Source: Octopus bimaculoides (lineage: Eukaryota). From it: a stretch of 64,000 nucleotides of DNA. This document shows positions 26,546 to 40,500 of the stretch, piece by piece (positions within the stretch are counted from its first letter, which is position 1; every line of letters begins with the position of its first letter). Below the pieces are notes generated by a model, which worked only from the letters and a program-made list of their open reading frames with translations, did no database searches and was not told the origin of the DNA. Location of the stretch: the NCBI RefSeq assembly GCF_001194135.2, contig NC_068987.1, positions 58,895,487 through 58,959,486 on the forward strand, written 5' to 3'. A program made the translations under genes and the position numbers.

Positions 26546-28735
26546 TTTATGTTAAATTCATAAGAATCAATGTCACTAGTTCCTTAAGGAACATTGTTGA
26601 TTTTAGTGATGTACACTATTATAAAATTTATAGAAGAGATTATCTTAGTGTACTATGAACAGGGGTGAATTTTAAAATTTGGGTAAAACGCTTGGAAGAA
26701 GTGCATGTAGGTGGTTGCATTAATCCCTAACTTTTTACTGTTACTTCGTTCGATGTGTATAAGGATTTTTTTACTCATATTTTAAAGACGGTTTTTGCGA
26801 CAATGGCGCGTATATTTGATTATGTCAATCCCTGACTTATTACTGGTACTTAATCAGATGTTTATCGAGATTTATTTTGGTTAGTCTTTTAAAGACAATT
26901 TTTGTAGGCTGGGTGAGTATAGTTTGAGTGTACCCATCCATGACATATTACTGGTAATTAATTATACGGATCCTTAAGACAGCGAGTTGGCAGAGTCGTT
27001 AGCATACAGGACAAAAATACTAAGCGTCATCTTTACGTTCAAATGCCGCTAAGGTCTACTTTGTCTTTCAGGGTCAATAAAATAAATACCAAGTGAGCAC
27101 TGGGTTCGATATTATCGACTGGCCCCTTCCGTCTTAAATTTCAGGTCTTGTGTCTATTATAGGAAGAATTTTATGGATCCATGTGGAATAAGAAAAAGAA
27201 CACCCCACATCCCTCACCCCGCAAAGTACGATAAGAACTCCCATTTCTGTGGGATGAAGCGAAGCACTTTTACGTTGATGTCGTCTCTGTGTAATTAACT
27301 TCAGCGATTTATTTTTCTAAATATGCAAAATATCCCAAACCTATTCGGGTTAAAATATTGCCAACGAGGGAGTCTCAATATGGTTGCCTGTTCTGTTAGA
27401 AATAGCAGCGAAATTATCTTGAATCACAACCTACTATTTAAAAAGAAAAAAGAAAAGACACGCTTAACAATGTAGTCCTACAAAATTACAAGATGGGCAC
27501 AGCTAGAATACCTTTGATCATAGATGAGCTCCATCAGAGATGATCTAGAGTTAAACAATTCTTTCTGCTATAGGCACAAGGCCTGAAATTTGGGGAAGGA
27601 AATAGTTAATTACATCGACCCCAGTACTAAACTAGTATTTATTTTATCGCCTGCGAAAGGATGAAAGGCAAAGTTGACTTCGGTGGAATTTGAACCGAGA
27701 ACATTAAGACAGATGAAATACTGCAAAGCATTTCGCCCGCCGTGCTAACGATTCTGCCAACTCGATAATCATAAGAACAATAAAGTACATTGATTCTCTC
27801 ATTTTGCCACTTCGATAAATACAGTGGTCTGTTAAGACATGTCTGAGTTGTCTCCCTTACAATGGAAAATTATGATCAAAATACATTACAAGTCGTTGGT
27901 CCCTTCCCATCACAGTTCCTAATTAGATTTCGAAGCCCGACGTTAAATTTATTCACTCCAATTAACTTACAAAAATATTTACTTCAAAGTTATTAAAATG
28001 TTTACCTTCTCATTCCGCCTCTCTTTCCTTTCCAAGTGGGAAAAAGTTGATGGAAGCCTGACTAAACAGGACGGTGTCTTTCCTTTATCCTTTCAACCTC
28101 ATCCACCATACAACCTCTTTCGCCATAGCCACTGGACAGAGGAACGCAGCCAAAGTTCAAATTCCGTCAAGGTGGACTTTGCCTTTCACCCTTTGGGGGG
28201 TCAATAAAATAAGTACCAGTTGGGCACTGGGGTCGGTCCAGATGGACAATATGTAATCGGAACCTTTCCCCCCTTATTTATTTATTTATTTTTTTACGGA
28301 ATCCCACGTTTAAAGCTATGGAGATTCCGATTCTGAAAAAAAAATGTTCAAAAATCTCAAATTCAAAATTTTGATTCTCTCCCCACTGCTCATTTTTCAC
28401 ATTTTCCGGATTTTTTAAATTTTTTTTGCGAAATGCGTAAAAAAATACGGAGATTATGATTCTGAAAAAAAATTGTTTGAAAAATTTCACCTCCACCCCA
28501 AGGAGGCTATTTACATGCTAGAAATAACAGCCAAATCTCACAAAACTTCGATAACATAAAGCAAGAAATGTGTAATCAATCTACTCACCTTTCTACAGAG
28601 ATTTCTTTCAGAGTAATTTCCCGCAGTAATATGAAATTAGAGCATTTTATCTATTTATTTATTTATTTTTTTTTTTTTTTTCAGAAACATGAGTTTTGTC
28701 GAAAAGTGTGTTCGGAGAAGCCGTGCTGGTGGAGT

Positions 28736-29636
28736 TTAGGGAGGATAAACTTCTGCAATGTGTTCGAGAAATGTATAGAAATTCTCAAAGTTTTTCTTCT
28801 CAGTAAATCCATACATTTCTCGATACATTGACTCATCGACGCGGGACCATTTCATGTTACCCAATGATCCAGTCACATACTTCAGCTGTCTTTTAATTCA
28901 GGACCAATAGGCCTCAATGTGATTCGTACAAGCGCCAGTTTCAGGGTCGACGAAATTTGTTGAGTGGTGAACCGTTCTGTGTATGTAACCCAGCTGTTGT
29001 AGATTCCTATAGCTGGCCCATTTGTCAGTATGTACTATAGTACCCGGTAACACATTTTCAATTATAACGGCTTCAAGTGTTGCTGTGCTATCAGGTACAC
29101 GTTGAAGGAACCCTTTTTTCACAGTGGTGTCATAGCACCTGACAACCCACGTTTGATGGCCTATTCTCCCTACGTGGTTCTTCCTTTTAAAGAGGAAGCT
29201 CATCTATTTCCACCTCATGACCTGGACCACCGAGCAGAGCTTTGTCTCAAAGCATCTTCCCCGAACACACTTCTTGACAAAACTCATACCACTGGATCGC
29301 AGTTTTATTTTCTACTCTGGTGTATAAAGCCACAGTAGATATAGGTGCCTCGAACACAAAATGGAAGACAATGTGAAATATTTTCTGTAAGGACAACTTT
29401 GACTTTTCCATAGAAGTTTTTGTCCTTATTGAAATATTTTTCTTACAATTTCCGCACTGCCACACAAATCCATTCAGCGATCTGGCCGACTTCTTCAAAG
29501 TCATATCATGTGTGTAAACACACGTTTTATAGGTGGCAATAATGCCGTTGGCTTTCAAAAATTCGAGTATTCTTTCTGGAGCAAGCTGCTTCAATACTTC
29601 TTCAAGTGGCAAACACATTTTCAATTTCACGAACAT
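28736..29636 (-). mobile_element. Merlin (IS1595/ISXO2-like) DDE transposase, near full length, disrupted
   Basis: N-terminal C..WQCGNC zinc motif, LGGPGHEVEIDE, KRKNHVGR, PGTIVHTDKWASY, HRTVHHSTNFVDPETGACTNHIEAYWS, then ...FLEHIAEVYPP*; one frameshift near 29205 and a TGA at 28898-28900. Confidence 0.9.
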
Positions 29637-29826
29637 GATCCTTTGTGCTGGTTAACAGATTCCTTGTCGCTGGTAAAATTATTCTCTTTTAGGGTTGTGC
29701 ACACGTGTGCAAAAGGGAACAATTTGACCGTTGGAATCATGGTCAAATGATTGTCTTCGACACAAAATTAGTTTTGTTTTGACCATAATTCCAACGGTCA
29801 AATTGCGAATGTCGTATGTATGCATG

Positions 29827-29906
<80 letters not shown>

Positions 29907-30562
29907 CTGTCCCCCCAACATCACTTGACAACCACTGCTGGTGTGCTTACGTACCCGTTACATTAGTGGTTCAGCAAAAGAGACCGATAGAATGAGTACT
30001 AGGCTTACAAAGAATAAGTCCTGGGGGTCGATTTGCTTGACTAAAGGCGGTGCTCCAGCATGGCCACAGTCAAAATGATTGAAACAAGTAAAAGAGTATA
30101 TATGGAAATACATATGCATTTATGAATACATAAATATATATTCATACATGTATACATAAATACCTATATATATACCTGTATATACACACAAATATACATA
30201 TATATCCAAATAATACAGACATATATATACATACACATATGTACATACACATGTACATACGCATGTACATACGCATATACATACAGATATACATACATAT
30301 ATACTAACATACACACACACACATATATTGACACACACGCATATATATACCCTCACACACATATATATATATACACATATTCACACACACACACACATAT
30401 ATATACATACACATGTATACATACACACACTCTCTCTCTCTATATCTATATCTATATATATATATATATCTATATATCTATATATATATATAATTGATTC
30501 ATTTTCTGTACCCTTGTACATAGCTTGAATTGCCCTGACAAGCCATTCATCAATGCTTAATC

Positions 30563-30830
30563 TAATTGGCCATCAGATTGCAGAGCATGCTATCATGCCA
30601 GAGGCTTTCTCTAACTCAGTGTATGCCAGATATAATGGTTTACTCTTAGTCTTGTCTTTGTCCTGGTGTTGTCTTTTGAGGAAGTTTGCATTTATGGTAC
30701 CCTTTCTGTGCACAAGACTGAACTGCATTTCATATATTCTACAATTTCCTCTCTGTATAACATATATTTTGCCTTCGTAGCAGTTTATAATGAGACTGCT
30801 ATGTCACTCTTTGGTATGGTACCTTCCTGT
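30563..30830 (-). mobile_element. RTE-type LINE reverse transcriptase remnant
   Basis: IINCYEGK...RGNCR and MQFSLVHRKGTINANFLKRQHQDK..TKSKPLYLAYTELEKA resemble RTE RT motifs. Confidence 0.7.
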
Positions 30831-33273
30831 ATTACTTGATTAAGTATTTGTGTAACTATCATCTATCTTGTATCATGTAATCTTAACTCATCAATTATTT
30901 AAGTGTCTCAGCAATTATCCCTGATGGATTGCAAAACCATCATTTCTCATTTATGACCGGAGAGTCCACAACAATCCATCAACAGGCTTGTACAGTTTCC
31001 ATTCGCCTAGTTCCCGTTTCACTCATAAGGCTTGAGATGAACCGAGGCTATGGGGAAAAAACTAGTGTAATTGAACCGAAGACCTCATGATCACAAAACA
31101 AACAGATAGATATAAAGTAAGAGAAAAAGGAGAAATTTACAAGAAGCCAAGAAGCACACAGTGATGTTTGAAGGTAGAAAAGAATTTAAGAGAATTTTCT
31201 TCTCAACAGCAGAAGAGCTTCCATTTTGTAGTAGTTTTCATTTGAGAAACATTGTAAATTTTGTAGCTTATTAATATGTCCAGAATATTTTGAAAGGCAG
31301 TGAGGGAAGAAAGACCATAAAGATGATGGAAAATAAATGGGTGAGTTGTAAAGGAAGTGGGGAGGGCCAAGGATGTGACAGTTTTTAAGCAGGTTGAAAG
31401 TGTGTGCATAGGTGTAGGGGAAGACAACAATATGATCAACTTAAACCACTTCAAGGCAGTTCCAGATTTGCCCATCCACCCACCAGCCAACATGCTACCC
31501 ATAATCCAATCCTCATCAAACCAATAAAAGAATAAAAGAGTGATATAAATGCATATTGATGAATTATTTATTAAAATATAAGTATTAAAATATACATTTA
31601 TGTAATGACGGAAAAGTTTTGTTTTATTTCATTTAAACGTTACTTCTTCAAAGTATTGATGTAAACAAATATTAAATGCTTTGAAGAGAATATGATAGGG
31701 TAAAAATTAATAGCAGGAGCAACAGCAACAACAGTAGAAGAAAAAGAGAAGAAAAAGCAAATAAAGGCAAAAAAAAACAACAACAAAAAAATTATAATAA
31801 TGGTAAGAATTTGTGCAAAAAATATAATACCACTCCAAAAAGAAAAAATAGGATTAAACAAAAAAGAGAAATTAGAAATTAAGAAGCTCCACTAATTTCA
31901 AAAATCACTTTATTACTTAAGATGTATTATCTGTGAAATGAGATGTACTGGAATTTGATTATAGGGAAAATATATTTATTTAAACCCTTTTAAAATCAAA
32001 ATGTTATTTATCTAATTCTGCTTGCAGAGAAGTATTTAATTTTTGATCTAAGTCTTTTGATCTTTTTCTTTATTTTAATATACACACATATATGTATGTA
32101 TACATGTATGTGTCTATAGGTATATATATATGATACACACATATTTGATATAGAGCTCATTTGGGTAGCTATATGATAAATACATCATTTACAATACCTT
32201 CATATTCTAATATAAAGAAAAAAATCCGTTTTTATTACACAAAACCTAGAGAGCCTTGGAGTAGAATTAACAGACATTATTACACAGAATGCAACAGCAG
32301 GTTTTCCAGAGATGTAACATTGGTGGTGCAGTATTGTTAATGATAATAATAATGGTAATAATGGTTTCAAATTTTGGCACAAGGCCAGCAAGTTTGAGAG
32401 AGTGGGGTAATCAACCCCAGTGTTCAACTGGTCGTTGTTTTATCTAGCTTGAAAGGATGAAAGGCTAAGTTGACCTAAGCGGAATTTGAACTCAGAACAT
32501 AAAGTCAGGCAAAATGTTAAGTATTTTGTCTGGCATGCTAATGATTCTGCCAGCTCACCACCCTAATAATAATAATGATAAGCACTTATATGTAATAAAC
32601 AGGTACCCAAATAATTAATATGCAGTTTGGAAACTTTTTGATATAATGCAAATATATATGTGTATGTCTAGATATATATATATATAGGTATATAGGCAAA
32701 AATTGTCTATGCCAAAAATTTTATAATTTTTTTATAGCTATTCTTTAAGGATAGTGAATATTTGAATTTGGTACAAAGAAGATTCAAACTATATTTTGTG
32801 AGTTTTCCAGATTGCTTAACTCTTGTAGTCTATTATAAGCAATATAAAAACCAGAACCATTTAAAAACATGCTGAAGGTTCAGATTTAGCCAAACAATAT
32901 GGTTAGCTATGAATTTTAATTATAACTGATAATAACTGATATATCAGGTAGAGATGTTTAACTTATATCTAACTACAGCTATCTCCTCTCACTTCTTTGA
33001 TATATGTTGATGTAAACACACATACACATAGATAGTATTTATGAATGTGAGTTCACACATACATACAGCTACTTGCAATTGGAGTAGGTTTCATTTTTAC
33101 TATTAAGTCATTTATAGTACATTAATGGTTTGTTTGGTGAGCATGGAAAGGAAGTGTACAAGGGTTTTGGTTTCTATATTTAAGCGAAGAAGAATGGTAA
33201 ACTGATGTTTAATCTGTACTTGTATCTATATCTATCTGCAAAGTTAAGGAACCAAGCCTTACACACATATGTA

Positions 33274-33335
<62 letters not shown>

Positions 33336-33379
33336 AGAGGAATGACCAGCAAAAGTGGACTCCTATATGCTAGAAATAG

Positions 33380-33461
33380 ATACTGAATCATCTAACCACG
33401 AAAAATATGTTCTTGTCGCTAAATTTTTACTGAGAACATATTTTTCTTGGTTAGATGATTT

Positions 33462-33466
<5 letters not shown>
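33380..33466 (+). ncRNA. Pre-miRNA-like hairpin or tiny foldback element
   Basis: Arms 33386-33413 and 33433-33460 pair at 27/28, 19-nt loop, extended by ATACTG/TGGTAT with two G-U pairs; no expression evidence. Confidence 0.35.
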
Positions 33467-33542
<76 letters not shown>

Positions 33543-33854
33543 GTGTGTGTGTGTGTGTGTGTATGTGTGTATATATATATATAATACACACATGTATAAA
33601 TATATATACATGTACACACACACACACACATTATATATATTTATTTATAATAACACAGCTACCCAGAATCTCTCACTGTCACCTGTAGAATTCCACATAA
33701 TACGGAACTCTAAATAGCAAAGGAGTGAATCATCAACTTTTAAAGAATACATAAACTCCTTTACACATATTGAGTACTCTATCTCCTGTAGGTACATTTT
33801 GTGTGTATATGTGTATATATGTGTGTGGGCATATATATACACACACACGATATA

Positions 33855-33894
<40 letters not shown>

Positions 33895-34126
33895 TATATG
33901 TGTATGTATATATACACACACATAACTGTGTGAATGCATGGGAGTTTTATATTAGGTTATCTTTTTTGCCTAATATAATCAGCTTAATTTTTTTTTTTTT
34001 TTGACACAGTAGGTACACACTTTTTTTCTTTAATTTTTTTTTTTTTGTAGCTGTGTCCAAAATAATGTGTATTAAATTTCCAGTACTTAAAAAAATACTC
34101 GTTCTGTAAGATACAGACACATACTT

Positions 34127-34180
<54 letters not shown>

Positions 34181-34494
34181 TAAGAAAAACGTTCTCAATA
34201 CACACATATTTAGAAGTGTGTAGAGTTTGTTAACTTTTTATTTGTGTGTAAGGTAAAGACTGTTACATATTTTCTAAACCATGTCTTTTGTTCAATTGGC
34301 TTCCTGGCCATCTGTACTTTTATTTGTATATGTATGTTAATATGTATTAAAAAAACATAACTATAGCAAAAATTTCACTCTTATTGATTAATAGCTGGAC
34401 TTGAGGCTATGATCCATGCAAAAACATTTTTAGGATTTATTTTTATTTTTGTCATTTTTTTTCTCATTCACAATATCCCAGAAGAGATAATTCT

Positions 34495-34521
34495 TCAGTA
34501 AATCAAGCAAGATTCAATGAG
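34495..34521 (-). CDS. CAPN: Calpain terminal coding exon: LIESCLIY*
   Basis: tctttctattcacag acceptor, phase 0, TGA at 34497-34495; short last exon as in classical calpains; AATAAA hexamers on the minus strand at 34442-34447, 34319-34324 and 34237-34242. Confidence 0.8.
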   Translation of the reverse strand, partial: LIESCLIY

Positions 34522-37500
34522 CTGTGAATAGAAAGATAAAAAGATAATTATTAATTTAAGAGAAATGAATTATGAAAATAAAAAAAATATTGATATAAGT
34601 AAAATATTTGGGATTAATATCTTTAAATTAAACACATTATCATGTGTCTTTTATCATACTTTAACCTCCCAATACTTATTTCATTATTGCCCACAAGGGG
34701 CTAAACATAGAAGGGACAGACAAGGACAGACAAAGGGATTAAGTCGATTACATCGACCCCAGTGCGTAACTGGTACTTAATTTATCAACCCCGAAAGGAT
34801 GAAAGGTAAAGTCAACCTTGGCAGAATTTGAACTCAGAACGTAGCGGTAGACGAAATACCGCTAAGCATTTCGCCCGGAGTGCTAACGTTTCTGCCAGCT
34901 CGCCGCCTTCCTCCCAATACTTGGTAGAAAGTCATCTCTCCTCCCTCACAAATACCCATTCCCCAATTTATCTGAGGGCTTTTCTTTCCTTTTATTGTTC
35001 TCTTCTTGCCTTGTAAGTTACTTGGCAACCTCACTTGTGCTGGTGGCATGAAAATTGCAGCCAGTACATGCTGTAAAGTGGTTGGCATTAGGACATCCAC
35101 CAGCAAGAACCATGCTAAAGCATGATGCACCCCTGTGGCTTGCTGGATCCTGTCAAATAGACATTAACTGATGACAATCATCATCATCATCATCATCATT
35201 ATTGTTGCCATCATCAAAATAATAATAATAATTGTTTCTAAGAGGCTACACTCTCGGAGTGGTTGGCGTTAGGAAGGGCATCCAGCTGTAGAAACTCTGC
35301 CAAATCAGATTGGAGCCTGCTGTAGCCTTCGGGTTCCACCAGTCCTCAGTCAAATCGTCCAACCCATGCTAGCATGGAAAACGGACGTTAAACGATGATG
35401 ATGATGATGATGATGATACAATGCCATTGGTTTTGAAAAGACGAGGATAGTTAATTAAACTTATCTCAGTACTTTAGTGGTACCTATTTTATCGATCTTG
35501 GATGAAGATGACTGGCAAGATTTGATCTCAGAATATAAAGCACAATAACTAAATACTACATGTTATTTTGTCCAATTCTATCCATCTCCCATCCTTAATA
35601 ATAATAATAATTGCCTTGTTGCAGTACCAGACAGTGGCACTCATGGTTTCTCTGATCTTAGCTGATTGGAAATGTTATCATGTACATGTGTCTTGGTGTG
35701 AAAGATGGTCTACAGCAAAAATCTCCCATATTTTACATGACTATTGGTGTAGTGCTAATGATGTTAGATAGGTAGTAACAGTGTCTATGTTTTATCATTT
35801 TTTTCTTTTCATAAGTTACCATCATGGTTTGGATCAGTGTTAACTGTGCATTTTGCTGAAGTATTTTAACCTTAAAATGTGGGAGGTTCTTTTTGTCACA
35901 CCTGTAAAGGCCGTCTCCAAGTTTGCAAAAGGACAAAATGGTCTCAAATAGAAGGCTTTGACCATGTGTATGCTTTATCTAGGTGAAACAATGACTATTT
36001 TTATAGAAAATATTTGTTGTAAATTATTACTTACTTCCTCCAGAGTAAACTCGGAAACTTCCTTCGTACCAAGTGATGAGGTTTTATGTTCCTTAAAAGT
36101 TTCTGTTAAAAAAAAGTATATTAGAGAAATATTTTATTGTATAGTTATGTATGTATATATGTATATTCATAATTCTGAAAAATATATGCACACACACATA
36201 TGTGCACACATATATACATACACACAAATATATATACATGTACATACAAACACAAACATATACGTGCATACAGCTATATTTGCATATGCATAAACACGCA
36301 CAAATATATATACATATATACACACACACATACACACACATATATATACATATATATNNNNNNNNNNNNNNNNNNNNNNNNNNNNNNNNNNNNNNNNNNN
36401 NNNNNNNNNNNNNNNNNNNNNNNNNNNNNNNNNNNNNNNNNNNNNNNNNNNNNNNNNTGCATGCATATGCATATATATGTGAGTTTTTATGATTTTTATA
36501 TGTTTTTATATATGTTTATATTTGTATATTGTAAATTAACTCCATGAACTTTTGTAAATCTCTGAAGAGGCCTTGAGAACCATACATCTACCTCTATTTT
36601 CATCCATTTAATCTATCAGTTACTCCAGTTTACTCGAGTTATATAGATAGAATGAGGCATGTCACCTCTAGGCTGAAACAGCTGTAACACATTGTCCCTT
36701 CTTCGGTCACTAGATGTCCTTTTTAATTTTTATTACTGATATGACATCTCGCAAACCAAATCTGAAAACAGTATGTATAAATATTAATTTTCTAAAATGT
36801 TAAAATCTTAGAATTTCTGTACAAAAGATATGTGTATTGTGTAAGTTCACTCAAATGCCAGCAGTATGTAACCTTAGGACTAAAATTTTATCTACTGATG
36901 GTTAACAAATGATCAAACACATTCTATGGTCATCAAAATATGTGATAAAAACTTACCCAAAATTAAGGTCAGTTTGCAAATTATCTGAATGAAATCTATG
37001 AAAGTGAATATATTTTGTAGACCACCAAATTTTATTTTGAGAATCTTCAACAGACTTTCCTCATCTTCATAACCTGAAAAAGAAGAAGAAAAAAACTAAG
37101 ACAAATTTACATCATACTGTGTGATATGTATACAAAATGTTTCTAACGTGTAACACAGGTATTTTACTTCAATAAGGTTTTGTGTAATGTGCTCTTGTTA
37201 TGTGGATATGTTTGGTGTAAGTGCTGTTGAATATCCATAGTTTCTAAAAAGATGTTTGTGCATTCATGTACGTGAAGAGAGTTTAAAATCTGTAAGTTTC
37301 ATATATCTTCCTCCTCTTCATCATCTTCTGCTTCCTCCTCTTCTTTTTAAAGTTGAAGCTGTGACTAAATAATCACAGGTCCTCTTTAAGGATCCCAAAG
37401 AGGCACAACGTTCCATCTATGGCCAAATACAGAGATGGTCAAAAGTTTGGAACATATGTCTGAAGTTTAGAATTTTCATATTAAATGCCCAAAGTTATAT

Positions 37501-40500
37501 TTAATTTGCAATATATTATTACTTGGCCAAAAGTTTGAGAACATAAGTCTGAAATTTTTTTCTTCTAGATATTGAACCATTGAATCTGTTACTAGGTAAG
37601 TATACCTCTATGTTGTATGTATTTGAATCGAATTGTACTTGGGCATAACAATCTTAATTTTAAAAAAATGTTCCAAACTTTTAGCTGTGACTGTACATTT
37701 AGTGTTTAAATGGTGATGATGGTTAAGTAGCTGGTTTAAGTATTCGAGTACATATCAAGAGACAGTGATGTTATAGTGCAATGACACTACTGCATCATTG
37801 TTTTAATGTTCAGCTTTCCATGCTTGCATGGGTTGGATGGAGATAAAGCAGATTTTCTATGGCCTTTCTGTTGCCAACCCTCCACCATTTCCAAGCAAGC
37901 TAATATTTTCTCATGGTTAAACATGTTATCACAGAATATTGGAAATAAATTACACTGCTTATATGACACTAACAATCATTTTACGGTTATCAGGTGATGG
38001 CAAGACAAGGAGACACAAACATGCACTCTCCCTCCCCGATACACTAATGCACACACAATGGGCTTTTTTTTTAGTTTCCATCTGCCAAATCCACTGACAA
38101 GGGTTTGGTTGGACCAGAGCTATAGAAGACATTTATTCAAGGGGCCCACTCAGTGAAACTGATCCTGGAACCATATGGTTGGAAAGCACACATCTTTACA
38201 ACAAAGCCATCTAAGCACCTGTACATATTTAAGCATAATAAAACTTACCCAGTTTTTTAAGCAACTGACTCAGCTCATCAATTTCTAAAAATCCAGAATT
38301 ATCAGTATCTGTTTCCATGAAAACTTTCTGAAAAATATCAAAGAAAATATAACCTGATTATAGTAACAAGGGCAGTAAATGGCAAGCGTGGTAAAATACC
38401 AGGTTACATGCTTCGTGCTGTTAACTATGTCCCTCTATGTTATGAATCCATCTCTACTGTGGATATATTTTGCCTTCTTTCTTACTGGATTTGATAAAAT
38501 AGTTATCCTTTATTTTTTACTAGTTTCACTCATTAGACTTCAGTCATGTTAGAACACTGCCCTGAAGCATTTTTAGTCAAATGAATCGACCCCAGTACTT
38601 AATTTTTTTTACTAAGCCTGTTACTTATTCTATCAGTCTTTTGCTAAACTACTAAGTTATGGGGACATAAATCCACCAACACCAGTTGTCAAGTGGTGGT
38701 GGGGGACAAACACAAATACATACACACACACAGCAAGCTTCTTTCAATTTCCGTCTCGCAAATCCACTCAAGGTTTTGGTTGGCCTGAGGCTATAAGACA
38801 CTTGCCTATAAGACACTTGCCTAAGGTGCAATGTTGTGGGACTGAAATCAGAACCATGTGGTTAGGAAGCATACTTCTTACCACACAGCCATGCCTGAAT
38901 CTAAAAAGAAGGGAGAAAGTATATTTTAAGATAAAATGTATTTCTACTTACAGCATATTCTTTCACCTTTTCCCATCCCTCTTTCATCTGTGGCATTGTC
39001 ACATAACCACTCTTTGTTTTCTAAGAGTTTTAGTTAACGATCAACAACAAGAACATCAAAAATTATATTGATGATGATGGTGATAACAATGATAAAAATG
39101 TTTATAACTTCTCATGCAGACATAAAACCAGACTCAGAAAAACCTAAAGCCTAAGAGTTTAGAGACAGTACAAAGAAGAAAGGGAAAAAACAAATATAGG
39201 ACTAACAGAGTAAAATGGTAAAATCAATAGTAACAATAAAGAGTAAAAACAAAGAGACAACATGTAATAACAATTAAAACAATAAAAGAAAGGAACAACC
39301 CCACAGAGTGATTCTGGGTACCCTGCACAGTCCTCTGGTTTACTCTGATACACCAAAAGCTTGTGCCTTCTCCCAGTTCTTGTCATCAGTCTATAGCTAC
39401 ATAGAAGAAGTGTATTTTGCTACGCCACTTCGACTGACATGTTATATCATTTACTGGAAGGCAACGCCTTCCTCTTTGTTGGTAATAGTGTTGCTTGAAG
39501 ATGTTGATGAGGGTCTTGGTCTCAGAGGAAAAGTTTTGTCCTCAATTCAGTAGTAACTATCTACTTACTTGCTTTTGTAAAGTTTTGTGTCTTGTTATTG
39601 TTGTTAAGCTTTCATGTTGATGCTGCAGATGCTGTGGTGGTTACTATCTTTGTTCCTGTTGCTGTACCTATTGTAACAGTTACTATTGCTGATTTTGGTG
39701 GCGTGGCTGTTTGTATTACTGTTGCAACAGTTGCTGTTATTGTGTTGTGCTTGTTGCACTAGGAGTAGTCAAGCCCTCCTACTTTTACTTTCTGTTGTGA
39801 GCAGAAGACTCTTAGGTAGTTGGCAATACCACATATGCAGCACCTGGGCTTTATATGCCTTCCACTATGATGTGCAGTTCTACTTCATTTGACAAATGAC
39901 TTAGATATGGGACCTTTCTGAGGTGTTCTGTAATAGGATCTCTAGTGCAATTCTGGGCTGAATTCTCCTGCCTATATTTGTTTACATCTATGAGAGTGTC
40001 ACCTCCTTTGTGAACAATGCAGGCCACAAACTACCAGATGCCCAACTCTTGTGACACATAAGTTATCTTGACCCTTACTATTCAACTGCCAAGTAGGAAT
40101 GAGGAGGAGCCCTTCACTTGCAAGGAATGACATAGTTCTTGAATGCGAGATCCTTCGTCAGAAATTACAGTTCAATGATCTGAAAATTTAGATCCCAGTG
40201 ACAAAGTCTATGTCTATCCAGATACCTCACAAACATCTTTCCACTCGGATATCTGTTGCTGTTTTCACACACCAGGTTTTGACTGGCTCACACAGGTAAA
40301 CTATTGTTCTTCAAGCAATCTTTTCTAGGAGTTCTGCATCACTTCTAATGCCACACTTCTGCCATCTATTTTAATTAGATTTTCAACTCAGCTTGCGAAG
40401 ACCTGTTGGGGCAAGTGAAAGTGAAATCGTGATGGCACCCGTGCCCAGCGTTGCCTTCCTGGCACTTGTGCCAGTGGCACGTGTAAAGACATTCGAGTGA

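Noticed and set aside
28690-29830. Candidate TIRs for the Merlin element
   Set aside because: Only short partial matches with inconsistent orientation; element ends are left undefined.
38398-38470. Minus-strand SRDGFIT*RDI resembled an EF-hand exon
   Set aside because: It has an in-frame stop and an incompatible splice phase, and the true EF2 exon was found at 38952-39020.
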